From an uncultured Gemmatimonas sp. (GTDB lineage: Bacteria > Gemmatimonadota > Gemmatimonadetes > Gemmatimonadales > Gemmatimonadaceae): DNA of 51,472 nucleotides. Every line of letters starts with the position of its first letter. Position 1 is the first letter of the stretch. The DNA is taken from assembly GCA_964565915.1 (NCBI GenBank), contig CAZMGX010000002.1, forward strand, positions 1 through 51,472, read 5' to 3'. The position numbers and the translations under genes were made by a program. The notes under the pieces are model-generated. The model saw nothing but the letters and a program-made list of their open reading frames with translations. It searched no databases and was not told the origin of the DNA. Below are positions 36,086-45,212 of the stretch, piece by piece.

Positions 36086-36571
36086 ATGTCCTCGACACCT
36101 TCGTTGTACGATTGGCTTGGCGGCATGGACGCCTTGCGGCAGCTGACGACACGCTTCTATCAGCGTGTCCCCGATGACGCCGAGTTGCGCCCCATCTTCG
36201 AGCATATGGGCGATGATCATCCCGCCCACGTGGCAGCCTTCCTGGCCGAAGTGCTGGGTGGGCCGGCGGAATACTCAGCCAGACATGGTGGCCATCCGGA
36301 GATGATTCGACACCACCTGAACCGGCATCTCACGCACGCGCAACGCAAGGCGTGGATGGCGCTGTTGCTCGACACCGCCGACGAACTCGGGATGCCCGAT
36401 GATCCCGAGTTTCGCTCCGCACTCGTTGGCTACCTGGAATGGGGCACCCGACTGGCGGTGATCAATTCCCAGGCCGGTGCAGCCGTGGATCTCAACGCGC
36501 CAATGCCGCGGTGGGGATGGGGCGAGGTGAAGGGCCCGTATCTCGCTGGTTCCGAGGACCACATCGGATAG
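36086..36571 (+). CDS. Group II truncated hemoglobin
   Basis: SLYDWLGG...FYQRV..D..L.PIF...FLAEVLGGPAEYS...MIRHH...W. Confidence 0.9.
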   Translation: MSSTPSLYDWLGGMDALRQLTTRFYQRVPDDAELRPIFEHMGDDHPAHVAAFLAEVLGGPAEYSARHGGHPEMIRHHLNRHLTHAQRKAWMALLLDTADELGMPDDPEFRSALVGYLEWGTRLAVINSQAGAAVDLNAPMPRWGWGEVKGPYLAGSEDHIG

Positions 36572-36713
36572 GCAACGCGAACCCACCCGGGACGCACGCG
36601 CGACCGTAAGCAGGTGCCCAAACCCGATTAAGCGGGCACCTAAGCAGCAGGATCCAGACTCCCCCGTGCAGTCTCACCGCACGTCCGAAACACCTTCTGG
36701 GGAGGAACGCTCC

Positions 36714-38699
36714 ATGTCACGCCTGCTGACGTTTGGCCGTACGAACGCGCTCAACGCGATCGCCGTACTGGCCCTGGCGCTTGCCACTGCCTGCGCCGAT
36801 ACATCCACCGCACCACCTGTCACACCACCACGGCCAGTCGCGAGCGTGGTAGTCTCGCCCGCGACACGCACTCTGCTGACCGGCGACGAACAGCGGTACG
36901 CGGCGCGTGTGCTCGACGCAAACGGTCAGGACATCACCGATCGCACCATCACCTGGAGCTCGTCGAATCCATCGGTGGCGAGCGTCGCCACCGATGGTCT
37001 GGTCACCGCGTTGCAGCCGGGGACTGTCTCCATCAACGCCTCGGTCGAGGGTCGCATCGGCAGCGGTGTGTTGCAGGTCGAGCTGGCGCCCGTCGCCTCC
37101 GTGTCGATCGACCCGGCCCAAGCGCTGCTGATCGAGGGGCAGGCGCGTCAGGTGGCCGCCATCACGAAAGACGCCGCCGGTCGGATCATCACGGGGCGTG
37201 CCATCACCTGGAGCGCCGTCAATCCCGACGTTGCATCCGTGTCAGCGAACGGCCTCGTGACCGCACTGGCGGTAGGCACTACGAACATTCGTGCCACCAG
37301 CGAAGGGCAAACCGCCGAAGCCGAAATCAAGGTCACGGCGGCCACCGTGGCGACAGTTGAAGTCTCGGCTGCGACGCTGGCACTCGAAGAGGGAGAAACC
37401 CGAACCGTCACGGCGATTGCGCGCGACGCTGCCGGACGCGAACTGGTGGGTCGCTCCTTCACGTGGGTCACTGAAGACCCGTCGGTCGCCGTCGTTGATG
37501 GCACGGGGCGCATCACCGCGCTTCGAAACGGGACGACGCGCATCACCGCCACCACCGCCGGCACGACGGCCGCCATTCAACTGACGGTACGGACCGCGGC
37601 GGTCGCGTCGGTCCTCGTGCAGCCGCGCACGCCCGTGCTCGAAGTCGGCGAATTGCGGCAGATGAGCGTCATCGTGCGCGACGCGCGCGGCGCCATACTC
37701 GAAGGGCGCACGGTGCAGTGGCGGGTAGACGGTGCTGCCGCGACGATCACGCCAACCGGCACCCTGTACGGAACGCGCAGCGGCTCTGCGTCGATCATCG
37801 CCACCGTGGAAGGCGTGAGCAACACGGCAACCGGCACCATCACCGCCGAAGAGGATTACGCATGGGATCTGCTGTACCATCGCGAATCCCAAGGTGCCAG
37901 CGAGCTGTATACGTATCGCTTCGGGGCGGAACAGCCGCCGGTACGCATCAACGCGGGCTCGGTGTCGTATGCCCCCACCGGTTCGCCGGACGGCGCACGC
38001 ATCGCGTTTGCCGTGAGCATGGCGGAGTTGGGTACGGGTACCCGTGTCGACGACATCTTCGCCGTCGACCGCAACGGCCTCAACATGAGGCGGCTCACAA
38101 ACGCCCCGGGGTACGACAACGCACCCGCGTGGTCACCGACGGCCGCGCGTATTGCCTGGGTCCACTATGGCCTCGACGAGCGCGCTGACATCTGGGTCAT
38201 GAATGCGGACGGCACCAATCCCGTGAACCTGACCAGTGATCTGACCGGCGGCGTCGGTGCACCGGCGTGGTCGCCGGATGGCACCCGGCTGGCGTTCGTT
38301 CAGTCGACCAGCGGCGCGGGCGGCACCACGAGCCGCATCATCACGATGCGCGACGATGGGACCGACAAGCGGGTCATCACCAGCACCACGACGGGATTCG
38401 ACGCATCACCGAGCTGGTCTGCAGACGGCACGCAGATCGCGTTCCTGCGCTTCTATCAAGGCGACAACGACATCACCATCGTCGGCGCGCACGGCGGTCC
38501 GACCACCCGCCTCGCGCTGCCCGGCAATCAGTGGAGTCCGGCCTGGTCACCAGATGGTCGTTACATCGCGTACCATCAATCGTTGGGACCCACGATCAAC
38601 ATCTTCACGATGCGACCCGACGGCACGCAGATCCGTCTGCGCACCGTCGATCCGGCATGGGGCGGCGGTGTGAAACCAACGTGGATTCTGCGCCGGTAG
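36714..38699 (+). CDS. Lipoprotein with four Big_2 Ig-like domains and TolB-like (PD40) beta-propeller
   Basis: GGAGG RBS, LATAC lipobox; repeated WSSSNPSVASV...GLVTAL; repeated PAWSPDG. Confidence 0.9.
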   Translation: MSRLLTFGRTNALNAIAVLALALATACADTSTAPPVTPPRPVASVVVSPATRTLLTGDEQRYAARVLDANGQDITDRTITWSSSNPSVASVATDGLVTALQPGTVSINASVEGRIGSGVLQVELAPVASVSIDPAQALLIEGQARQVAAITKDAAGRIITGRAITWSAVNPDVASVSANGLVTALAVGTTNIRATSEGQTAEAEIKVTAATVATVEVSAATLALEEGETRTVTAIARDAAGRELVGRSFTWVTEDPSVAVVDGTGRITALRNGTTRITATTAGTTAAIQLTVRTAAVASVLVQPRTPVLEVGELRQMSVIVRDARGAILEGRTVQWRVDGAAATITPTGTLYGTRSGSASIIATVEGVSNTATGTITAEEDYAWDLLYHRESQGASELYTYRFGAEQPPVRINAGSVSYAPTGSPDGARIAFAVSMAELGTGTRVDDIFAVDRNGLNMRRLTNAPGYDNAPAWSPTAARIAWVHYGLDERADIWVMNADGTNPVNLTSDLTGGVGAPAWSPDGTRLAFVQSTSGAGGTTSRIITMRDDGTDKRVITSTTTGFDASPSWSADGTQIAFLRFYQGDNDITIVGAHGGPTTRLALPGNQWSPAWSPDGRYIAYHQSLGPTINIFTMRPDGTQIRLRTVDPAWGGGVKPTWILRR

Positions 38700-38712
38700 T
38701 TGATCATGCGCA

Positions 38713-38759
38713 CAACAAAAGGGGACGCCTCGTACGACCGAGGCGTCCCCTTTCTGTTG
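38713..38759. terminator. Bidirectional intrinsic terminator
   Basis: AAAA-GGGGACGCCTCG-tacgac-CGAGGCGTCCCC-TTTCTGTT between convergent genes. Confidence 0.9.
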
Positions 38760-38767
38760 CCGCCCTT

Positions 38768-39685
38768 CTACGGCGTGAGCTGTCGTACGAGCTCCTGCAT
38801 CGCGACGCGCCACACCAACGGTTTGCCCGGCAGGTCGTCACGACGTGTGGTGCGCACCAGCGATACGTCGGCATCCGACAGCATGGCCTGTGCCCCAACG
38901 GCACTCGCCAGCAACGGCGTGCGCTTGGCCGCGATGCCCTCGGCGCCAATCCGTACCGCCTTGCCCTGACGGTCAACCAGCGCACCGGTCAGTTGCAACA
39001 CGGTCACCGGCGTCTCGAGCGACGTCAGCCATGGCAGCTCGACGTCGTGCCCAGTGCCGAGTTCAACAATCTTCCGGCCGACGAGTCCTTTCTGCTTCAG
39101 GAGGTATTGGCCGACTTCAAGGGTGATGACGATCGCGTGCGGGGTTCGCGCCGCGTCCATGGTCGTACCCACCCACCGTGTCCAGACAGCGTCCGGCCGA
39201 CCGACGGCGAGCTTCATGGTCTGGCGTCCGCGACCCAGTGCACTGTCGCCACGAGCCGCACAATCGGCGTCGGGCAACGCGGATTCGGTGAGGCATCCAA
39301 AGCGCACGTCGGGCGCGACGCCGAGCTTGAGATCGGCCGGCAGCGTGCGATCACGTGACAAACCGGTGACGAGACGAATCGCGGGCCTGCCGTTCCCGGT
39401 GGACATCGAATCAAGGACCGCGTTCATCTCCTGCAGCAGGGCGGCAACGGGACTGTTGGGGCCCCAACTCGGATCGTAGAGCGCGGCACTCCCGACACCG
39501 GTTTGGTAGTGGACAGGCAACACGCCGATGCGGGCGCCGCTGTCTGCGGCGAACGCGGTGCGCGCGCCCGCATAGTAGGGGGCGCGATCAGGAAAGGCGT
39601 CACCGACGCCGCTGCGGAACGTGGCGCCGGTTGAGGTGCAGGCGCCCAATAGCAGCGGCAGCGCCGAGAGCGATCGGAGAGACAT
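38768..39685 (-). CDS. Hypothetical lipoprotein
   Basis: LLLGAC lipobox; 305-aa ORF of protein-like composition; no family recognised. Confidence 0.75.
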   Translation of the reverse strand: MSLRSLSALPLLLGACTSTGATFRSGVGDAFPDRAPYYAGARTAFAADSGARIGVLPVHYQTGVGSAALYDPSWGPNSPVAALLQEMNAVLDSMSTGNGRPAIRLVTGLSRDRTLPADLKLGVAPDVRFGCLTESALPDADCAARGDSALGRGRQTMKLAVGRPDAVWTRWVGTTMDAARTPHAIVITLEVGQYLLKQKGLVGRKIVELGTGHDVELPWLTSLETPVTVLQLTGALVDRQGKAVRIGAEGIAAKRTPLLASAVGAQAMLSDADVSLVRTTRRDDLPGKPLVWRVAMQELVRQLTP

Positions 39686-39912
39686 CGGTCTTGGTGGACA
39701 ATGTTTGAGAGGGAGCCGGCGTCAGTGTCATGCCCCACACCCTCAATCTCCCACAGCCCGCTTACGCCACCGCTTAACGGCCGCGCTTACGTGTCGCCGT
39801 GCGGGCGCCCAGCCAATTGGCCAGTGTCGTGCGGCGTCTGGGTGGTTGAACGTACGACTGTCCCTGCCTTCCGCGCGAACGCCCTGACGCCAATTCAACA
39901 CACGAGTCACAG

Positions 39913-40899
39913 ATGTCGCATGTCGATACTCCTTCGGAATCGCACCGGCACTCCAGCGAGCCATTGTCACTGATGGCCGTCTCAGAACAACTGGCTGGCG
40001 CGGTGGCGCAGGCCGCCGAGACCGTTGTCGCGGTGCATGCACGTGAAAAGCTGGCGTCCACCGGTGTTCACTGGCGCGACGGGTTGATCGTGACCACCGA
40101 CGCCACGGTGCGTCGCGAACAGAACATCACCGTCACCATCCCCGACGGTCGCCGGGTCGCGGCCACGCTGGTTGGACGCGATGCCGCCAGCGACCTCGCG
40201 GTATTGCGGGTCGAACCCGGCATTTCGATGCCTGCTGCTCGGGTGGGCGATCCATCCGTGCTCCGACCGGGCCATTTGGTACTGGCCGTGGCTCGGTTGG
40301 ACGACAGCGGACCGCGTGTCTCCTTTGGTGCGGTGAGCGCAGTTGGAGGCGCGTGGCGCACGTGGAAAGGCGGCGAATACCGCTTCCGGATTCAGTCGGG
40401 CGTGGCGCTCTATCCCGGATTCGGCGGCAGTCCATTGGTCGACGCGGCCGGCCATGTCCACGGCATCAACTCGGGCGGCCTCAGTCAGCAGTTGGCCACT
40501 ACGATTCCGGCGGACACTGTTGAGCGTGTGCTGTCGCAGCTGGTGGCCACTGGATACGTGCCGCGCGGGTGGCTTGGAGCGGCGCTGCAGGCGGTCCGAG
40601 TCGGAGAATCGGCCAAGGTCGCCGCGCAGGGGCGGGAGGGCGGGCTGTTGATCATCGGTCTGGCTGACGGCGGGCCCGCCGCAACGAGCGGACTGTTGGT
40701 GGGCGATATCGTGTTGGCCCTCGATGGCGCGGCGGTGAACGCGCCGCACGACGTGCTCGACGTGTTGCAACACATGCCGCCGGGGCGTGCCGTGTCGTTC
40801 GACGTGCTGCGCGGTGGTGTGTTCGTGCGCGTGCTCGTGACGATCGGCGAGCGTCCCGTTGGCCACGAGTCTCGACGCACCCGTCGCGCCGCCCGGTGA
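39913..40899 (+). CDS. HtrA-like trypsin-fold plus PDZ protein with degenerate active site
   Basis: VTTDATV in place of TNxHV; DLAVL retained; YPGFGGSP in place of PGNSGGP; RGWLG...GPAA.SGL.VGDIV PDZ; no signal peptide. Confidence 0.85.
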   Translation: MSHVDTPSESHRHSSEPLSLMAVSEQLAGAVAQAAETVVAVHAREKLASTGVHWRDGLIVTTDATVRREQNITVTIPDGRRVAATLVGRDAASDLAVLRVEPGISMPAARVGDPSVLRPGHLVLAVARLDDSGPRVSFGAVSAVGGAWRTWKGGEYRFRIQSGVALYPGFGGSPLVDAAGHVHGINSGGLSQQLATTIPADTVERVLSQLVATGYVPRGWLGAALQAVRVGESAKVAAQGREGGLLIIGLADGGPAATSGLLVGDIVLALDGAAVNAPHDVLDVLQHMPPGRAVSFDVLRGGVFVRVLVTIGERPVGHESRRTRRAAR

Positions 40900-41600
40900 C
40901 GTCTCGCATGCTGCCGTCCGATGCGTTGGCGGCATCGACCGGCGCTCGTTCTCCCGACGCTGGACGCGTGATCGCCGGCGCCGCGGACGGCGTCGTGCAC
41001 ATCGAGGCGGGAACAGGGCGTCGCACGCACAGCGGGGCCGGCGTCGTCTGGGCCCGCGACGCTGTCGGCCGAGCGCTGATCGTGTCGAACGCGCATGTCG
41101 CGACGCACGAACCGATCATTGTGACCGGGGCAGACGGTGCCACTCGCCGCGCGACGCTCGTGGCGCGCGACACAACGCGCGACCTCGCATTACTCTCCTG
41201 TGATGCCACGCCGGACCGCTGGAGACCCGTGCCACCTGCCGCCATGGCCCCCCTGCGTGTGGGGCAGGTCGTGATGGCGATCGGACATCCCCTCGGGGTG
41301 CGACACGCGGTGACGACCTTCTTTCTGCATGCCCTTGGCCCGCTGCGCAGCGACGCCGAGCTGTCGCCGTCGCAGCGGTCGCTGCCGTGGGCGCAACTGG
41401 ACTTGCGTCTGGCGCCGGGCAACTCGGGCGGACCGGTGGTCAACACGCGGGGCGCGATGCTCGGCGTCAGTACGATGATCGCACGCGGGCTGGGACTCGC
41501 CGTCCCCATCGCCGACGTCGATGCGTTTGTTTCGCGAGCCGGAGGCCCCGCGCTGCTGGCACACGGATGGTCGCGGGGCGCGCGGAACGCGGGACGCTGA
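40896..41600 (+). CDS. Trypsin-like serine protease without PDZ
   Basis: VSNAHV, RDLALL, APGNSGGP intact triad; GTGA overlap with the upstream gene. Confidence 0.87.
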   Translation: MTSRMLPSDALAASTGARSPDAGRVIAGAADGVVHIEAGTGRRTHSGAGVVWARDAVGRALIVSNAHVATHEPIIVTGADGATRRATLVARDTTRDLALLSCDATPDRWRPVPPAAMAPLRVGQVVMAIGHPLGVRHAVTTFFLHALGPLRSDAELSPSQRSLPWAQLDLRLAPGNSGGPVVNTRGAMLGVSTMIARGLGLAVPIADVDAFVSRAGGPALLAHGWSRGARNAGR

Positions 41601-41604
41601 CCAA

Positions 41605-42048
41605 ATGACGGAACGCCCGCACCCGGTTCGCGTCTTCATCGATGTCACCGATCCGTGGGCGCGGCGGGTGCTGCGTGATGCACTCGCGGCGCACGGGGAC
41701 ATCCGCTTTGTCGCGTCGGCCGCTGCGGCGGACGTTCGACTGGTCAGCGCGCCGGCCGGCGCTGCGTCGGCCACGCGCTCGAGAAACGCCGCCGCCGTCC
41801 CGGCGAGACCCGCCGACAACGACGGCGCCGTGCCGACCGACGCCGCACCAGCGGTGCTCTCCGAGCGTGAGCGCGAAGTGCTGCAGGCATTGTCCGAAGG
41901 GTTGAGCAATGCCGCGATCGGGGTGCGCCTCGGCATCAGCCGCAGCACCGTCAAGTTCCACCTCGCGGCGGTGTTCGAGAAGCTTGGGGTGCATCGTCGG
42001 GCGGAAGCCGTCGCCATGGGAATCCGGCATGGAGACGTGCTGTTGTAG
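41605..42048 (+). CDS. LuxR/GerE-family HTH regulator with truncated receiver-like N-terminus
   Basis: LSEREREVLQALSEGLSNAAIGVRLGISRSTVKFHLAAVFEKLGV. Confidence 0.9.
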   Translation: MTERPHPVRVFIDVTDPWARRVLRDALAAHGDIRFVASAAAADVRLVSAPAGAASATRSRNAAAVPARPADNDGAVPTDAAPAVLSEREREVLQALSEGLSNAAIGVRLGISRSTVKFHLAAVFEKLGVHRRAEAVAMGIRHGDVLL

Positions 42049-42181
42049 CCGCCCGGTGCGGGCGGGCTCCACACGTCGTGACAGGTGATGCCCGATACGG
42101 CGCGGCGCCGGATGCCGATGAGAACGTAGCGTGCAATCGCACCGCTGCAGGTTCGTCGCCCCTCTCGTTCACGTGCCCAAC

Positions 42182-43534
42182 ATGCCGAACCGAGATCTTC
42201 CAAGCAGGCGCTCCCGCTGGGGTGCGCTGACCATGCTGGCGGTCGTGCTGCAGAGTGGCTGCGCCGACCGACCCGACCGTATCCCCACTGCACTGGACAC
42301 GCCGGCCGATGTGGCAGAGGCCGCGGCCCGACTGGTTGCGACCAACCCGGCGCAAGACTCGGCCGCGGCGCACGGCAGCGACAGCCATGCCATGCATCTC
42401 TGGCGCGCGGGTGCCAGCGACAGTTGTACGGAGGCGATTCACAACCAGTACACGGTCATCGCGCCGGACGGCAAGCGATATCCCCGATGGCATCCGCCGA
42501 TCGAGCCGGCGACGGGCTGTCGATTCGGCCATGAGCACGGCCGTGACCCGCGCGGCTCGGCGCTCTTCGCGGAGATCGGCTGGGATCCCTTCGGGTACGG
42601 TGCGGAACGGCTGATGGAGTGGCAGCCCACCGGCATGCGGCACGAGGATCATGTCGGCCACAAGGTCGAATGGGAGAACAACGTGCAGTTGCACTATTCG
42701 CAGAATGGCCAGCGGGTGCCGTTCGAGGTGCGCTGCAGTTGGCTGACCAAGTTTCATCAGGGCACCCATTCGCCCGACGCGCTCACGAACAACACGCACG
42801 AGCTGAACTATCACGTGCGCTGCACGGACGGCACGTCCATCGACGCCATCGTCATGTCGCGACTCGGCCCGGTCGGGTCGTTCGAACGCGCGTGTGAGAA
42901 GGGGCGTCGCGTCGCGAGTGGCATTGTCCCGCAGCCGGGACAAGTCAACGGGCGCGGCACGCGCCTCATTCCCGATCGGACCTGCGTCCTCAAGCACATC
43001 CTCGTGGCCAGCGGTCAATGGTCCGGCTATTCGGGGGCGTTGTACGAGAACTGGAGCACCGCCAACTACCTCCGTACCGCGGACGGTCGCGAGATCGCGT
43101 ACTTCGACCCGGGCTTTGCGGTGTTCAATCCGTCGCGTTATCACGACCCCGCGCAGCCCACACGGACACAACGCACGATTGACGTCTGTTACGAGCGCAT
43201 CGGCACGGGCGCCGCACAGCGTCGTGCCCGTGGCGGCGAGTGTGACTGGGGCACGAATGGCGGTAGCGTGCGTCTTGCCTGGGACGACCCGCGCTCCCCG
43301 TTCACTGGGACGAAACGCGAGGTCTACTTCAACCAGACGACGCTCAGCAACGTCGGTGGTCCGACCGTGTGGTACACCGACCCGTTCGGGGGTAACGCGT
43401 CGACCGCGCCCTTCCGCGGCGCGATCCGACAGCGACTGGCCAGCATCACGAACCGCCGCCCGTGGCCGCTGGAGTCGCAGGCGGTGGGGGCGAACCGGCC
43501 GTATGGCGGCAGCGGGGTGCACGCGCCGAACTGA
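42182..43534 (+). CDS. His/Cys-rich hypothetical lipoprotein
   Basis: VLQSGC lipobox-like; WHPP, FGHEHG, HEDHVGHK, HQGTHS, THELNYH. Start uncertain (42131, 42182 or 42233). Confidence 0.75.
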   Translation: MPNRDLPSRRSRWGALTMLAVVLQSGCADRPDRIPTALDTPADVAEAAARLVATNPAQDSAAAHGSDSHAMHLWRAGASDSCTEAIHNQYTVIAPDGKRYPRWHPPIEPATGCRFGHEHGRDPRGSALFAEIGWDPFGYGAERLMEWQPTGMRHEDHVGHKVEWENNVQLHYSQNGQRVPFEVRCSWLTKFHQGTHSPDALTNNTHELNYHVRCTDGTSIDAIVMSRLGPVGSFERACEKGRRVASGIVPQPGQVNGRGTRLIPDRTCVLKHILVASGQWSGYSGALYENWSTANYLRTADGREIAYFDPGFAVFNPSRYHDPAQPTRTQRTIDVCYERIGTGAAQRRARGGECDWGTNGGSVRLAWDDPRSPFTGTKREVYFNQTTLSNVGGPTVWYTDPFGGNASTAPFRGAIRQRLASITNRRPWPLESQAVGANRPYGGSGVHAPN

Positions 43535-43707
43535 GCGCCGCTGCGTAGGGGGTACTGTCAGCGGAATTGGCAGGCAGAGCGTAGGGAACCGGACACGGGG
43601 GTCCAGTATTCTGTCGGCTGGAATACACCTCGTCCCAGGCCCCCCTTCTCGGGGCGACATCGTAGGTCGATGCCGCCCCGTTCTTTTGCCACCGTCATTC
43701 CCCGCAC

Positions 43708-45111
43708 ATGCGCCTTCGATTCATTGTCGCGCCGTTCCTGCTCCTCGGCGCGTTTTCCACGATCGCCGCACAAGGCGGCAACGATACCCCGCCTCCAAGT
43801 GGACGAGGGTCTGGCGCTGGCGCGTCCGCCAATGTGCTGCCGGACAGCCTGCTGCAGACATCACTGCGTGTCTTTCTCGACTGTCAGGGTGGAGTCCGCG
43901 GCTGCGACCGCAACTTCTTCGTACAGGAGATGGGGTTCGTCAACTGGGTGCGTGATCGATTCGACAGCGACGTGCACTTGTTGCTGACGCAGCTCAACGC
44001 CGGCAACGGCGGGCGTGAGATCACCGTGAACTTCCTGGGGCAGAAGGGCTATTCGGGGAAGATCGATACACTCGTCGTGAACACGCTGCCCAACGACGCG
44101 GATGATCGCGTGCGACGCAACCTGTTGCGCACGTTTCAGTTGGGTCTGGCGCCGTACATCGCGCGCACGCCGATCGCGAGCCGCATGCAGGTGGGTCTCG
44201 CGGGTGGTGCCGTTGCGCCGTCCATCAATCCGCGTGCGGTCAAGGATCGATGGAATCTCTGGTTGTATCGTGTCGACGGAAACTTCTCGGCGAACGGCGA
44301 ACAGCTGGTGCGAACCACGAATCTGTCGACCACGCTCTCCGCTGCGCGAACGACCGACAAATGGAAGATCAATCTTGGCGCGACGAGCAGCTACAATCAG
44401 CGCGACTTCAAGCTGTTCCAGACGAACGCGACGAACCCTGATCTCCGTGACACCATCTCAGTGATGGTGCTGCAGCGGGCCGCGAACGCAAATGCGCTCG
44501 TCGGACGCACGATCAACGGACACCTGACGCTGGGAGCGAAGGTGTCGGTCGCCTTCAGCGAGGTGCTGAACCAGAAGCTGGCGCTCCGTGTGTCGCCCGC
44601 CATCGAGTACAACTACTTCCCATGGACCGAGGCCACGCGGCGGCAGCTGACCGCGTTGTACTATATCGGCCCGAACTACTACAGCTACTATCGCACGACG
44701 GTGTTTGGTGAGGACGAGGAGACCCGGGCCAACCAGACCGTGCTGCTGGCGCTGACCCAGCGGCAGAAGTGGGGCAACACGAATCTCACGTTGGAAGGAT
44801 CGCACTACCTGCACGATCCGCAGCGCAATCACGTGACGCTGTCCGGGTTCGTCGACCTGCGTCTGGGTCGTGGCTTCTCGCTCAACTTCCGCGGGTCGGC
44901 GTCGCGGGTGCGTGACCAGATCTACATCGCGGGTGCGGCGCAATCGGAACGCGACATCCTGACGCAGCGTCAGCAGTTGCAGACCAACTTCCGCTACAAC
45001 ACGAACGTCGGCATTGGCTACACATTCGGTTCGATCTACAACACGATCGTGAACCAGCGCTTCGGCAATCTTGGTGAGCTGGGTCGTCGGTTCGGTTTCC
45101 AGGGCGGCTGA
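43708..45111 (+). CDS. Putative outer-membrane beta-barrel protein
   Basis: Signal peptide (IAA-Q); N-terminal VFLDC...CD...FVNWVRDR domain; amphipathic strands; GYTFGSIYNTIVNQRF near the C-terminus. Confidence 0.72.
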   Translation: MRLRFIVAPFLLLGAFSTIAAQGGNDTPPPSGRGSGAGASANVLPDSLLQTSLRVFLDCQGGVRGCDRNFFVQEMGFVNWVRDRFDSDVHLLLTQLNAGNGGREITVNFLGQKGYSGKIDTLVVNTLPNDADDRVRRNLLRTFQLGLAPYIARTPIASRMQVGLAGGAVAPSINPRAVKDRWNLWLYRVDGNFSANGEQLVRTTNLSTTLSAARTTDKWKINLGATSSYNQRDFKLFQTNATNPDLRDTISVMVLQRAANANALVGRTINGHLTLGAKVSVAFSEVLNQKLALRVSPAIEYNYFPWTEATRRQLTALYYIGPNYYSYYRTTVFGEDEETRANQTVLLALTQRQKWGNTNLTLEGSHYLHDPQRNHVTLSGFVDLRLGRGFSLNFRGSASRVRDQIYIAGAAQSERDILTQRQQLQTNFRYNTNVGIGYTFGSIYNTIVNQRFGNLGELGRRFGFQGG

Positions 45112-45167
45112 CGACGGCGGTTTCCCCTCACGCTGCCGATTCGAGGAGCCGCGAGGGGTTGCAGCAC

Positions 45168-45206
45168 CGGGGCGGAGTCGCGGAACGATTCAGCGACTCC
45201 GCCCCG
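45168..45206. terminator. Perfect 14-bp GC-rich hairpin between convergent genes
   Basis: CGGGGCGGAGTCGC-N11-GCGACTCCGCCCCG; no U-tract, so terminator or REP-like element. Confidence 0.6.
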
Positions 45207-45212
45207 TCGCGT

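Noticed and set aside
36572..36680. c-di-GMP riboswitch (GGGACGCA and GGGCAC...GTGCA fragments)
   Set aside because: Only short fragments match; the GAAA tetraloop/receptor and other conserved elements were not found by eye.
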